From contig NZXG01000051.1 of the NCBI GenBank assembly GCA_002701845.1, positions 46,568 through 110,567 of the forward strand: DNA of 64,000 nt, given 5' to 3'. Shown one piece after another: positions 18,549 through 29,866 of this stretch. Both the position numbers and the translations under genes were made by a program. Under the pieces are notes generated by a model. The model saw only the letters and a list, made by a program, of their open reading frames with translations, was not told the DNA's origin and ran no database searches. Origin of the DNA: Pseudomonadales bacterium. Its GTDB lineage: Bacteria > Pseudomonadota > Gammaproteobacteria > Pseudomonadales > Ketobacteraceae. The first letter of the stretch is position 1. The number at the start of each line of letters is the position of its first letter.

Positions 18549-19550
18549 TCAGTGCAGGGCCAGGGACTCGCCGATTTTCATCACCTGGCGGGATACCTCA
18601 CCGGGGGCCGCCAGGAAGCGCCGGGGAGGCTCGTCCATGGGCTCGGTGGTGAGGCGAATGGTGCCCCAGTGCATGCCGATCAGGTGCCGGGCATTGATGT
18701 CGATACCAATCCGCACGGCCTCTTCAGGCGTGGTGTGGACCGACGCCATCAGTGACCGGGGCTGGTAGGCGCCAATGGGTACCAGCCCCAGATCAAAGGG
18801 GCCGCAGCGCTCACCGATGTCCTTGAATACCGGGCCGTAGGCGGTATCCCCGGCGAAATAAATGCGCTGCCCGCCCGCTTCCAGGGCAAATCCACACCAC
18901 AGGGTTTTATTGAAATCGAACAGCCCGCGACGGGACATGTGAATGGCGGGCACGGCGGTAATCGCAAATTGGGGATGCCGGCTTTGCTGATACCAGTCCA
19001 GTTCCACCACCTGTCTGAATCCCAGCTGCCGCAGCATGGCGGCCAGACCCAGGGGCACTACCACCGGGGCCTGGGGGAAGCGCCGGGCCAGCCGACGCAG
19101 GGCTTTGCTGTCCAGATGATCGTAATGATTGTGGGACAGCAGCACGCAGTCCACCGGCGGCAGGCTTTCAATGGCAACCGCTGCCGGTATCAGGCGGCGG
19201 GTGCCCCGGGTGGGCACCGGGGCGGCGTATTCGGTGAGGTAAGGGTCGGTGAGAAAGGTGGTGCCATTGAGCTGCAGCAGAAAGCTGGCGTGGCCCAACC
19301 AGAGTAATTTGTCCCGCTGACCCAATTGCTGGTAGCCAGCCAGGGCCAGCGGCTCGGGAATCACATGATCCGCCGGCAACGGGTTGTGGCCCGCCAATCG
19401 TATCAACTCGCCCATAAAGTGTGCGGCCTCCCGGGCCAGCTCACCACTGATGGCCGGCCGGCGCGGACTGCCGGGAGGATTGCGGAAACCGGTACGGGTA
19501 TGATGGACCGGTCTGGGCCCCGGCGGCACTTCAGGCTGCATCATTGCCAT
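18549..19550 (-). CDS. MBL-fold metallo-hydrolase (NAPE-PLD/RomA-like)
   Basis: WLGHAS, LTDP, SHNHYDH, YFAGDT, PIGAY and MHWGT motifs. Confidence 0.9.
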   Translation of the reverse strand: MAMMQPEVPPGPRPVHHTRTGFRNPPGSPRRPAISGELAREAAHFMGELIRLAGHNPLPADHVIPEPLALAGYQQLGQRDKLLWLGHASFLLQLNGTTFLTDPYLTEYAAPVPTRGTRRLIPAAVAIESLPPVDCVLLSHNHYDHLDSKALRRLARRFPQAPVVVPLGLAAMLRQLGFRQVVELDWYQQSRHPQFAITAVPAIHMSRRGLFDFNKTLWCGFALEAGGQRIYFAGDTAYGPVFKDIGERCGPFDLGLVPIGAYQPRSLMASVHTTPEEAVRIGIDINARHLIGMHWGTIRLTTEPMDEPPRRFLAAPGEVSRQVMKIGESLALH

Positions 19551-19965
19551 CCGGTTTACTGGTGAGCTTCTCCAGCAATTCGGCGAATTTACGGAACGCA
19601 TCGTTGTGGGTCAGGATGCCCGCCAGCTTACCGTGCTTCAGCACCAGCGCGGAGCCCAGATGCTGGTCCGCCATCCGCCGCAGCACGCTTTCCAGGGCGG
19701 TGTGGATATCCACCACGTAGGTACGGGTGGTATAGACATCCTTGACATACAACTCATCCTCCAGGGAGGCGCTGCTGAATGGGGACTCCACAAACTTGAT
19801 GTCCCGATCGGTAATCACCCCCACCAGCTCACCCGCTTCGGTCACCGGCAGATGGTGGAAGCCCTGCTTCTCCATCATGTGAATGGCGTCATTCAGCGGC
19901 GCATTGATATCAATGCTGTAGGGAAATGGGGTCATGGTGGTGGCCAAAGTGGGAATGGATTTCAT
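19531..19965 (-). CDS. CBS-domain pair protein
   Basis: HHLPV...LVGVITDRD and LAGILTHND tandem CBS motifs. Confidence 0.9.
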   Translation of the reverse strand: MKSIPTLATTMTPFPYSIDINAPLNDAIHMMEKQGFHHLPVTEAGELVGVITDRDIKFVESPFSSASLEDELYVKDVYTTRTYVVDIHTALESVLRRMADQHLGSALVLKHGKLAGILTHNDAFRKFAELLEKLTSKPDGNDAA

Positions 19966-19977
19966 GCCGCGCCTCCG

Positions 19978-21687
19978 TTATCCGTTGGATCGTCTGCTGC
20001 CGAACAGGTGCCGCCACAGATATCCCTTTGCCTCGTCCTGTCCGCTGATCACATACTCTAACACATTGCTGTTGATCACCGTCCATGACATCGTGTTTTG
20101 CACCCGGCTGCGGCCACAGAACAGCAACTGATCATCGATTTTCAATTCGAAGTCCGGCTCCGGCAGCAAGTGGATTTTACCCTCCCGCTGCAGCATCAGC
20201 GCCATGGCTGGCAGCTGCTGGCTGCGATCCTGGGGATGGCAGGTAAGATGACCCACGGTAACGCCGCGCCCATAGCGGACCCCTTCATACAGGGCCGGGG
20301 TGCTGTCCTGATTCACCCGGTAGGACCAGCTGTCCAGCGGATGATCCCGGACCATCAGATCAAACCGCCGGACCAGTTTTTCACACCAGGCCTCGTCATG
20401 GGTTTCTATCTCTTCCAGGAAGCGAATCAGCAGCGGCGTTTTGATCAGTACCATAATGCGCTGGGCAATGATCATATTGGGATCCATGATCATGTGGATG
20501 TTTGCGGCATTGAACACCGGCGCGTTGGAATGCTGATTCTGCCGCGCCACCAGCATCAGATGAGGGTTCAATTCCCGGGCGGTCAGGACGATGGAGAGGT
20601 TGTTGGCGTCGTCGGCGGTGCCGGCCACAATGCCCACGGCGTTTTTGATATCCGCTTCAATCAGGGTCGGCGCCTCGGTGCCCAGCCCCTGGACCACGCG
20701 ATAATCCTCCTTCACCGCCTGGCCTGCCGGATCCGGCTCGATGATGACCGTTTCCAGGCCCTGCTGCTCAAACCGACGCCGTATCGCCTTGCCCAACCGG
20801 CCAAAACCGCAGATCACCCAGCGCCCCGCATCCGGCACCACCATGGACTGCAGAGAGCGGTGTTTGGGGCTGATGAGCCAGTTATAGGCCAGTTGGCGAT
20901 AGGGCGCGAACACTGCGTTCGTCAGATATTCGGCAAAGGTTTCGAAGGGATCGATCACATGATCGGTGCCAAAGGATTTCATGTTGCCGGCATATTCTCG
21001 GGTGGCCACCCGGCTCAACACCATACGCTTGGGCGCCAGCAGTTTGCTGGCCAGCGAAATATACAGATTAACGTGATCGTCATCGGTAAGACAGAGCACG
21101 CCCACACAGTTAGGCTGCGAGACGCCCGCATCCTGCAACACATCCGGCTCGCCGGCGTCGGCACACAGGCAGGGGATATCAAACGGCAGATTATCCAGCT
21201 CCAGGGCATCGATGCGACCCTGTTGGATCTCCACCACCACACTCTGTACCCCCCGCCGGGACAGGTCCGCCACCACTGCGCTGCCGGTCAGACCGTAACC
21301 ACACACCAGATAAAACGGCTCCCGCAGATGGGCCACCCGACGCCGGAACCGGGCCCGTTGTATCTGCAGAATAAAGGTGGGCTCCCGCAGGATGGTGATC
21401 ACCGCGCCGATACTGTAGATCCAGGCCACCACCGTGGCGTAGATACACAACAGGGTCCAGAACCGCTGACTGGCGGTAAACTCATGGGGCAACTCACCAA
21501 AGCCAATGGTGGACCCCATGTAACTGACAAAATACAGGGCTTCGAAAAACGTCATCCGGTAAGGCTCACCACTGGGGTCAACCCCGGGAATCAGCACATA
21601 CCCCAACATGGAAATGGAGTAAGTGAGAATCAAGGTGATCAGGGGCGCCCGCAGTCGCCGTAAAATCACATAGGCAACGTAATTCAT
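19978..21687 (-). CDS. Potassium channel with two RCK/TrkA-N NAD-binding domains
   Basis: STIGFGE pore filter; VCGYGLTG and ICGFGRLG Rossmann motifs. Confidence 0.9.
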   Translation of the reverse strand: MNYVAYVILRRLRAPLITLILTYSISMLGYVLIPGVDPSGEPYRMTFFEALYFVSYMGSTIGFGELPHEFTASQRFWTLLCIYATVVAWIYSIGAVITILREPTFILQIQRARFRRRVAHLREPFYLVCGYGLTGSAVVADLSRRGVQSVVVEIQQGRIDALELDNLPFDIPCLCADAGEPDVLQDAGVSQPNCVGVLCLTDDDHVNLYISLASKLLAPKRMVLSRVATREYAGNMKSFGTDHVIDPFETFAEYLTNAVFAPYRQLAYNWLISPKHRSLQSMVVPDAGRWVICGFGRLGKAIRRRFEQQGLETVIIEPDPAGQAVKEDYRVVQGLGTEAPTLIEADIKNAVGIVAGTADDANNLSIVLTARELNPHLMLVARQNQHSNAPVFNAANIHMIMDPNMIIAQRIMVLIKTPLLIRFLEEIETHDEAWCEKLVRRFDLMVRDHPLDSWSYRVNQDSTPALYEGVRYGRGVTVGHLTCHPQDRSQQLPAMALMLQREGKIHLLPEPDFELKIDDQLLFCGRSRVQNTMSWTVINSNVLEYVISGQDEAKGYLWRHLFGSRRSNG

Positions 21688-21693
21688 GACTGC

Positions 21694-22077
21694 CTAGCGA
21701 CGCACAGTGATGGTTTCCACCACCAGCAGCACCACGGAGATCATATTGGCCAACAGCGCCCCGCCGGACATGGACACCACGCTGGCCACCAGTTCGCCAT
21801 CCAGACCGGTGTCACTGATGTTGGTGCCGTAGCCCCACAGGCAGGCCGCCACAATCAACTGAAAATCCGCCACCAGACTGGTGGCCAGCAGCACCGCACC
21901 CAGGTGGGTGCGATCCCCGAACTTCATCACCGTGGCGATCAGGCTGATCACCAGCGCCGCAAACAATTCGTAGACATTATGATGCTGGGCGTCGTGAATC
22001 TCACCCAGAAAGAAGCCAAAGTTGAGGGTGGCGGCCAGGATAATGAAAAATGCGAATATGACTTTTTCGGTATTCAT
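21694..22077 (-). CDS. DUF6394-like small membrane protein
   Basis: MNTEKVIFAFFIILAATLNFGFF.G N-terminus and about four TM helices; sits directly upstream of the RCK channel. Confidence 0.75.
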   Translation of the reverse strand: MNTEKVIFAFFIILAATLNFGFFLGEIHDAQHHNVYELFAALVISLIATVMKFGDRTHLGAVLLATSLVADFQLIVAACLWGYGTNISDTGLDGELVASVVSMSGGALLANMISVVLLVVETITVRR

Positions 22078-22110
22078 TCAGGTTCCCCGCAGTGCTGGAT
22101 CGCGCAGGTA

Positions 22111-22383
22111 TTAACGCATGATTAACACCCACAGGCCAATCAGTATAAAGCCTATGCCGGCAATCAGCGACAGGGCCCTGGCGCTGAGATACTGCGACAC
22201 CACACTGCCCAGAGCCACACCAATGGCGGCGGCCACCACCAGCGCCGACGCCGACGCCAGAAACACGGTCCAGCGGCTGACTTCTTTATCGGCGGCAAAC
22301 AGCATGGTGGCCAGTTGGGTTTTATCCCCCAGTTCCGCCACAAACACACTGATGAATACAGTCAGGAACACCCGCCAATCCAT
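22111..22383 (-). CDS. TMEM165/GDT1 (UPF0016) family Mn2+/Ca2+ transporter, single-repeat form
   Basis: AELGDKTQLAT signature (E-x-G-D-K-T). Confidence 0.92.
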   Translation of the reverse strand: MDWRVFLTVFISVFVAELGDKTQLATMLFAADKEVSRWTVFLASASALVVAAAIGVALGSVVSQYLSARALSLIAGIGFILIGLWVLIMR

Positions 22384-22493
22384 ACCTTACTCCCACATTT
22401 CGAATCGTACCCATAAAAATGCCCGCGGCGGTACTGTTCCGGCGCGGGACAACTGCGGGGGATTATAGAGGGTTGGATCAGGGGTTAAAACGA

Positions 22494-22530
22494 GAAAACG
22501 CCGGGGCCCCTCGGTGGGAGCCTCCGGCGT
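22494..22530 (-). terminator. Terminator of fadBA
   Basis: ACGCCGG...CCGGCGT GC-rich stem followed by TTTTCTCGTTTT on the minus strand. Confidence 0.75.
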
Positions 22531-22550
22531 CAGGCTGGATCAGCGCGGAA

Positions 22551-23750
<1,200 letters not shown>

Positions 23751-25898
23751 TTACTGGTAAAAAGATTTGCCGTTAGCGGCCATGTCGCGCAATTTGTCAG
23801 TGGGCTGATACAACGGACCCAGTTCCTGATACTTGTCACACAGTTCTACAAACTGCTTCACGCCGATGGAATCGATGTATTTCAGTGCGCCCCCGCGGAA
23901 TGGTGGGAAGCCAATGCCCATAATCAGAGCCATGTCGGCGTCGGCCACCGAACCCACGATATCCTCCTCCAGGCAGCGTACCATTTCCAGGCACATGGGA
24001 ATCATCAGCCGCTCGATAATTTCCTGGTCCTCGAAATCCTTGGACGCCGCCACATGGGGCTTGATCAATTCGTAAGTGGTCTCGTCCACCACCTTTTTGG
24101 GTTTACCTTTTTTGTCGGTCTCGTACTTATAGAAACCAACGCCGTTTTTCTGGCCATAGCGCTTGTTTTCGTACATAACTTCAGTGGCATCTTTGTGATC
24201 GTACTTCATGCGATCGGGGAACCCTTCCGCCATCACTTCCGCGGCGTGCACACCGGTATCGATACCCACCACGTCCATCAGATAGGCGGGGCCCATGGGC
24301 CAGCCAAAGCGTTCCATGACTTTATCCACTTTCTGGAAGTCGGCGCCGTCCCGCAGCAACATGCCGAAGCCACCGAAGTAGGGAAACAGCACCCGGTTCA
24401 CCAGGAACCCGGGGCAGTCTTTCACCACCACCGGTGTCTTGCCCATGGTTTTGGCATAGGCCACAGTGGTGGCAATGGCTTCGTCGGAGGATTTTTCGCC
24501 CCGGATCACTTCAACCAGGGGCATCATGTGCACCGGATTGAAAAAGTGCATGCCGACAAAATTTTCCGGACGCTGCAGGGCTTCCGCCAACTTGGTGATA
24601 GCGATGGTGGAAGTGTTGGAGGCCAGAATCACATCGTCTTTTGCCTCCTTCTCCACTTCTGCCAGCACACTCTGCTTAACCTTCACGTTCTCCACCACCG
24701 CTTCCACGATAATGTCCACGTTATCGAAATTGCCGTAGTTCAGGGTGGGTCGAATGGAAGCTAGCACCTCGCCCATTTTGGCGGGGTTCATTTTCTTTTT
24801 CTCCACCCGCTTGGACAGCAGTTTGGTGGCCTCGGACATGCCCAGTTCCAGGGCGTCATCCTTGATGTCCTTCATGATGATGGGCGTGCCTTTGAGGGCG
24901 GACTGAAAGGCGATTCCGCCGCCCATGATACCGGCGCCCAGCACCGCGGCCTGCTTCACCGGCTTGGCCTGTTTGGCCCATTTGCCGGTGGTCTTTTTCA
25001 GGGCCTGGTCATTGAGGAACAGACCGATCAATGCGTCCGCCGCCGGCGTGGTGGCCACCCTGGCGAAGTTTTTGGCTTCCACTTCCAGGGCTTTGTCCCG
25101 GGTCATGCCAGCGTGCTGCTGCATGGTTTCCACCGCGGCCATGGGGGCCGGGTAGTTGCGACCGGCCTGCTGCATCACCATGGCCGAACAGGTCTGAAAC
25201 GCCATCATGTTTTCCATCGGCGGCAGTTTGATGGGCTCCAGCTTTTCCTGCCGCCGGGCCTTATAGTCAATCTTGCCGTCAATACAGTCCTGCACCAGCG
25301 ACAGCGCGGCTTCCCGCAGCTTGTCCGGCGCCACCACGGCGTCCACCACGCCGTCCTGCAGCGCTTTGTCCGGCTTGTGCTGACCGCCGGCGGCGATCCA
25401 CTCCACCGCGTTATCCACGCCGATTACCCGGGGCATACGCACGGTGCCGCCAAAACCCGGGAACAGCCCCAGCTTGGTTTCCGGCAGGCCGCACTGGGCG
25501 GCGGTGGACATGATGCGATAATCAGTGGCCAGACACATTTCCAGGCCGCCGCCGAGGGCGATGCCGTTCATGGCGGTCACGGTGGGAAACGGCAGATCCT
25601 CAATCGCGTTGAAGGCCTGATTGGATTTGATACACCAACCGGCGATCTCCTCCGCCGGCCGGGCAAACAGCTCGCCGAATTCGGTGATATCCGCACCGAC
25701 GATGAACACGGACTTGGCACTGGTGACGATGGCCCCTTTGATCGACTTGTCCGCAGCCATGGCTTTGGCGGCCTCGCCCAGCTCTTCCACTGTCAAGCGG
25801 TTGAACTTGTTGACAGACTCGCCCTGTAAATCAAAATTCAGTTCCACGATGCCGTCCTGCACCGGCTTGACCGTGACGGCTTTTCCTTCATAAATCAT
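23751..25898 (-). CDS. fadB: Fatty acid oxidation complex alpha subunit FadB
   Basis: Enoyl-CoA hydratase domain ([15 protein letters not shown]), GAGIMGGGI Rossmann, GMHFFNPV motifs. Confidence 0.97.
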   Translation of the reverse strand: MIYEGKAVTVKPVQDGIVELNFDLQGESVNKFNRLTVEELGEAAKAMAADKSIKGAIVTSAKSVFIVGADITEFGELFARPAEEIAGWCIKSNQAFNAIEDLPFPTVTAMNGIALGGGLEMCLATDYRIMSTAAQCGLPETKLGLFPGFGGTVRMPRVIGVDNAVEWIAAGGQHKPDKALQDGVVDAVVAPDKLREAALSLVQDCIDGKIDYKARRQEKLEPIKLPPMENMMAFQTCSAMVMQQAGRNYPAPMAAVETMQQHAGMTRDKALEVEAKNFARVATTPAADALIGLFLNDQALKKTTGKWAKQAKPVKQAAVLGAGIMGGGIAFQSALKGTPIIMKDIKDDALELGMSEATKLLSKRVEKKKMNPAKMGEVLASIRPTLNYGNFDNVDIIVEAVVENVKVKQSVLAEVEKEAKDDVILASNTSTIAITKLAEALQRPENFVGMHFFNPVHMMPLVEVIRGEKSSDEAIATTVAYAKTMGKTPVVVKDCPGFLVNRVLFPYFGGFGMLLRDGADFQKVDKVMERFGWPMGPAYLMDVVGIDTGVHAAEVMAEGFPDRMKYDHKDATEVMYENKRYGQKNGVGFYKYETDKKGKPKKVVDETTYELIKPHVAASKDFEDQEIIERLMIPMCLEMVRCLEEDIVGSVADADMALIMGIGFPPFRGGALKYIDSIGVKQFVELCDKYQELGPLYQPTDKLRDMAANGKSFYQ

Positions 25899-25951
25899 CA
25901 ACGTTTCTCCCGCACTGGGTTAACGATAAGAGGCTTGGTCGCTTGCTGTAT

Positions 25952-25971
25952 TTTCAAACGACAGTTTGAAA
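25952..25971. promoter_or_regulatory. PsrA-type (TetR) operator upstream of fadBA
   Basis: Perfect TTTCAAAC-GACA-GTTTGAAA palindrome matching the (C/G)AAAC-N2-4-GTTT(G/C) PsrA consensus. Confidence 0.8.
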
Positions 25972-26140
25972 GTGTTTGGCATGTTGCCGATTCCCACAGA
26001 TTTTGGCAAGTTTTTTAGGGGCAGGATCCGGAAACTGTCAGCCTGGGTCCTGTATTCGTCCATTTCGGCATATTGACTTGCCAGTCAAGGAACCCCTGCG
26101 GACTCTATTATGCTTACCAGATCAACCGGTTCAAAACCCA

Positions 26141-26608
26141 ATGAATGACCTTTGCCCCTGCGGCAGTGGGCAGCCCTACGGCTCCTGTTGCGAGCCGTTT
26201 CATCGGGGCCACGCCCTGCCTGAGACAGCACAACAGCTGATGCGATCCCGCTACTCGGCGTTTGCCTTAAAACAATCTCGCTATCTGCTGGCCAACTTGC
26301 ATCCCAGCCGCCGCCGTGACGATGACCAGACGGAACTGCAGAACACGCTGACCCGTACTGAATGGACCGGGTTAAGCATTGTCAGTGAGCGCCTGGGTGG
26401 CCCCGGCGATACCGAGGGCTGGGTGGCCTTTCGCGCCGGTTTCCGACAGGGGGGCGGCCAGGGCGCGGTGGACGAAAACTCGTATTTTGTCCGGCAACAG
26501 GGGCGCTGGTGGTACCTGGAGGGGGAATCGCCACCCGCCTCTTCGCCCGGACGCAATGAACCCTGTTGGTGCGGCAGTGGCCGGAAATTCAAAAAATGCC
26601 ATGGCTAA
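26141..26608 (+). CDS. ychJ: YchJ family protein with SEC-C motifs
   Basis: CPCGSG..Y..CC, LMRSRYSAF, W.YLEG and GRNEPCWCGSGRKFKKCHG motifs. Confidence 0.92.
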   Translation: MNDLCPCGSGQPYGSCCEPFHRGHALPETAQQLMRSRYSAFALKQSRYLLANLHPSRRRDDDQTELQNTLTRTEWTGLSIVSERLGGPGDTEGWVAFRAGFRQGGGQGAVDENSYFVRQQGRWWYLEGESPPASSPGRNEPCWCGSGRKFKKCHG

Positions 26609-26744
26609 ACCCTGCAAGACTGAAACCCGTTATGCGGCCGCCGTCTAAACAGGCCACTAATATGACAAAGCATCATTACACTTTTCGGTGGTTTTGCGGA
26701 ATAGTAAATGGGTTGTCTTTCACAGGGATCAGGGAGACTGCTTT

Positions 26745-27260
26745 ATGAAACGCCTCTACTATCTGTTCCGGGGGGCAGACACCGCCCAATCCATCAGCCG
26801 GGACCTACAGGCCGCCGGCATCAACGTCGGTCAACTGCATTTTCTCAGTCAGGATCAACAGGCACTGCAGTCCGCCCAGGTCCAGCAGGCGGATCTGCTG
26901 GAGGAAAAGGACATCAGCCACAGCGGAACCTGGGGCGCCATCTTCGGATTGGTGGTAGGCGCTTTGTTCGCCACCTACCTGTCGCTGGGCGAGTTGGCGG
27001 GCTATATCAGCCTGGGAAGTTTTTTCCTGATTTGTCTGCTGTTCACCTGCTTCGGGGCCTGGGCCGGTGGTTTTGTGGGGATCTCCACGGAAAATCATCA
27101 TATTGCGCGGTTCCACGATGCGCTGGAGCACGGTGACACCCTGTTGATGGTGGATGCCTATAACGAGCAGGAAGAAACGCAACTGAAGCAGCTTATGCAC
27201 ACCCGGCACATGGAAGCCAGCTACGAGGGCGAGGAAGCCAATTACCGGGTGTTCCTGTAG
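26745..27260 (+). CDS. Conserved membrane protein (DUF1269/general-stress-like)
   Basis: MKRLYYLF start, glycine-rich double TM (GAIFGLVVG...GAWAGGFVG), C-terminal F..AL..G..LLMVD. Confidence 0.7.
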   Translation: MKRLYYLFRGADTAQSISRDLQAAGINVGQLHFLSQDQQALQSAQVQQADLLEEKDISHSGTWGAIFGLVVGALFATYLSLGELAGYISLGSFFLICLLFTCFGAWAGGFVGISTENHHIARFHDALEHGDTLLMVDAYNEQEETQLKQLMHTRHMEASYEGEEANYRVFL

Positions 27261-27284
27261 CAGGGGCGGCCGGAGGGGCGGCGC

Positions 27285-27629
27285 TTAGATATTGTTGTTA
27301 AGCAGGGTGGCGACCTGCTGGAATTCGTCCCGCAGGCGCTCCAGCAGGTCCGCCGCGCCCGCTAGTGTGCCCTCCCGGCCCAATTGTTCCAGCTGCCGCG
27401 CCAGTTCTGACAGCGGCATCGCGCACACGTTGGATGATGAGCCTTTCAGGCTGTGGGCGACCTTACGCAGCCGGTCCGGATCGCCGGCCTCGATGATGTC
27501 CGCCAGCTCCTCCACCTTGTTGCTGGAATCCCTGATAAAGGTGGCCACCAGGGTGTCAAACTCCCCTTCCATGATGTCCTTCAATTCCTTTAGCGCAACA
27601 ATGTCCAGGTGGTCTTCCGGTTTACTCAT
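27285..27629 (-). CDS. hptB: Hpt phosphotransfer protein (HptB-like)
   Basis: VAHSLKGSSSNV phospho-His motif; follows hsbR-like gene. Confidence 0.88.
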   Translation of the reverse strand: MSKPEDHLDIVALKELKDIMEGEFDTLVATFIRDSSNKVEELADIIEAGDPDRLRKVAHSLKGSSSNVCAMPLSELARQLEQLGREGTLAGAADLLERLRDEFQQVATLLNNNI

Positions 27630-27646
27630 AATATTGCATCCTGTAA

Positions 27647-29392
27647 TTAAACATCCACGTGCCAGTCGAATACCACCTCTACCTGGTTTCCCTTTCCCAG
27701 GTAGCGCACTGAGCGGCACATGGTGTTAATCAGCGGAATTCCGCGTCCGCTGTATCCTTCTGTTCGGTGTTCGGCGCCCTGCTTATGACCGTACTCGAAC
27801 CCGTTGCCAGTATCTTCCACTACAATGGTGAGGACGCCCCCATCCTCCACCGGATGATGATCGATATGAAAGCGCACCCAGCCACTGTCCAGGGCCTGCA
27901 ACTTCTCGGTTCGCTCCGCATAATAGCGCGCGAACCCGTCGGCGGAGGCTTTCAACTCGGAATGCAACTGCAATACGCCATGCTCCAGGGCATTAGAGTA
28001 GAGCTCGGAAAGTATGGTGTAGATCTTGCCACTGTGAGGTCGCAGGCCGGGCACTTCCATCAGCAGGTGGGTGATCAGGGGTAACGGATTAAACTCTTTC
28101 AGCGTCAGCGGCCGCAACTCATAGGTCATGCTCCAGTCGCGAGGGCCACCCCGCAGATACGATACGCCTCCCTCACCCAGGGGATCGCCCATATCCTCTT
28201 CTGTCACCATGGACACTTCCACCATGGTGTAGTCGTCATCCTGCTCACCGCGGCCGGCGTGCTGCTCCACGGCCCGCTCAATATTATGAAAAATGTCGTT
28301 GGGATCCTGGCTGGACAGGATCACCTCCAGGACCCGCTCTTCACCGAACATCTCACCGTTGTTATCAGCGGCTTCGATAATACCGTCAGACCAGAGCATG
28401 ATCCGGTCTCCCAGTTCCATTTGTACCAGGGTGGTGTCGGTGTTGAAGCGGTCGGAATCCACTACCCCCAGGGGCAGGTGGCGGGATTTCAGGGGCTCCA
28501 CCAGACGCTCTTTGGCTCGGAACACCAGCACGTCGGGAATCCCACCCACCCAGACTTCCGCGGATCGCTTGCGAAAGCTCACATCCACCATGCTGGCGCA
28601 ACAGAACACGCCCACCGGCAGTATGCGTTTTAATTTCTTGTTGATCTCCCGCAGGATATCCTGCAGCGAAAACCCCTTTTGCGCCATCCCGTAGAAAATC
28701 TCGGACACCGGCATGGCGCCGATGGCCGCCGGCAGGCCGTGACCGGTAAAATCCCCCAGGAACACGAACATGCCCCCCGAGGGTTTGCGGGACGCCAGCA
28801 CCAGATCGCCGTTAAATACCGCCATCGGCGATAGCAGGTATTTGATATTGGGGGCACTGATACAGCCGGGATGGGCGATGTTATCGAACACTTGTTTCGC
28901 CACTTCCTGCTCATGCACCAGACGATCATGGTGCACGGCAATTTCATCCCGCTGCTGCTGCACGGTTTCATGCAGACGCCGCATGCTGGCAAAGGCCTTG
29001 ATTTTGGCCTGCAAAATAATCCGGTTATAGGGTTTGCTGAGAAAATCCAGGCCCCCTGCCGCCAGGCAATCGGCAAGGGAGGTGGCATCGCGCAGGGAAG
29101 TCAGGAAAATAATCGGCACCAGACTGTCACCGGCCAGCTGCTTGATGGTGCGGGCCGCTTCAAAGCCGTCCACATTGGGCATCAGAGCGTCCAGCAGCAC
29201 AATATCCGGTGATTGTTCTTTGAACAGATCAATGGCTTCCTGCCCGTCTCTGGCGGCGTAGACGGTGTGGCCTTCCTTGCGCACGATGGTTTGCAGAATC
29301 AGCCGGTCGGAATCGTTATCGTCTGCGATCAGGATCCGCAGATGGGAATCCACCAGCGCTGTGCTATCCACCTTGAGTCCTAAGTTATCCAT
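27647..29392 (-). CDS. hsbR: Response regulator-PP2C phosphatase-HATPase kinase fusion (HsbR-like)
   Basis: REC domain (LIADD, LLDALMP), SpoIIE (FNGDL, GDFTGHG, WSDGI, DDYT), C-terminal SELYSNALEHG / EDTGNG / GRG. Confidence 0.88.
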   Translation of the reverse strand: MDNLGLKVDSTALVDSHLRILIADDNDSDRLILQTIVRKEGHTVYAARDGQEAIDLFKEQSPDIVLLDALMPNVDGFEAARTIKQLAGDSLVPIIFLTSLRDATSLADCLAAGGLDFLSKPYNRIILQAKIKAFASMRRLHETVQQQRDEIAVHHDRLVHEQEVAKQVFDNIAHPGCISAPNIKYLLSPMAVFNGDLVLASRKPSGGMFVFLGDFTGHGLPAAIGAMPVSEIFYGMAQKGFSLQDILREINKKLKRILPVGVFCCASMVDVSFRKRSAEVWVGGIPDVLVFRAKERLVEPLKSRHLPLGVVDSDRFNTDTTLVQMELGDRIMLWSDGIIEAADNNGEMFGEERVLEVILSSQDPNDIFHNIERAVEQHAGRGEQDDDYTMVEVSMVTEEDMGDPLGEGGVSYLRGGPRDWSMTYELRPLTLKEFNPLPLITHLLMEVPGLRPHSGKIYTILSELYSNALEHGVLQLHSELKASADGFARYYAERTEKLQALDSGWVRFHIDHHPVEDGGVLTIVVEDTGNGFEYGHKQGAEHRTEGYSGRGIPLINTMCRSVRYLGKGNQVEVVFDWHVDV

Positions 29393-29438
29393 GGGGTCGG
29401 GGCGCCCACCAGATCCTGGTGGGCGAACTGCTTCCAGA

Positions 29439-29741
29439 TCAGCGAATGGTAAACAGCTGTTCGAAGTTGGATATGGTCAGAATTTTCTTCACATCCGGGT
29501 TGCAATTCACGATCTCAATACTGGAGTTGTCCCCCCCGGCGTGGTCACGTAACAGTAGCAGCATACCCAGGGCGGAACTGTCCAGGTAGGTGGTTTCCTT
29601 CATGTCCACCACATAGCTCCGGGGATCTTCCGCCACTTTTTCATAGGCATCGCGAAATTCCTGATGAGCACTAAAGTCGAATCGGCCCTGGATCTTGATG
29701 GTCAGTTCACCCGAGGATGCTTCAGTAGACCAAATAGCCAT
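29439..29741 (-). CDS. hsbA: STAS anti-sigma factor antagonist (HsbA-like)
   Basis: GRFDFSAHQEFR and YLDSSALGMLL with the conserved phospho-Ser. Confidence 0.88.
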   Translation of the reverse strand: MAIWSTEASSGELTIKIQGRFDFSAHQEFRDAYEKVAEDPRSYVVDMKETTYLDSSALGMLLLLRDHAGGDNSSIEIVNCNPDVKKILTISNFEQLFTIR

Positions 29742-29866
29742 TATCTACACCTCAAGAAGCAAGTAGTCATTTTATCTTTCAACCCAACAGAGAGTTATAA
29801 AAACACGCCATTAATTAAGAGCATAGACCATTTTTACCGGGCAAAGGAAAATAACCGCATAATTTT

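Noticed and set aside
22384-22500. yybP-ykoY manganese riboswitch upstream of the GDT1 gene
   Set aside because: The leader is only ~70 nt, and the GGGAGUA-like string sits at the SD rather than at the 5' P1/L1 position; no four-way junction is apparent. An Infernal search would settle it.
27678-27703. CTACCTGG/CCAGGTAG inverted repeat at the end of hsbR
   Set aside because: It lies within coding sequence, has no U tract and is a single copy; plausible by chance.
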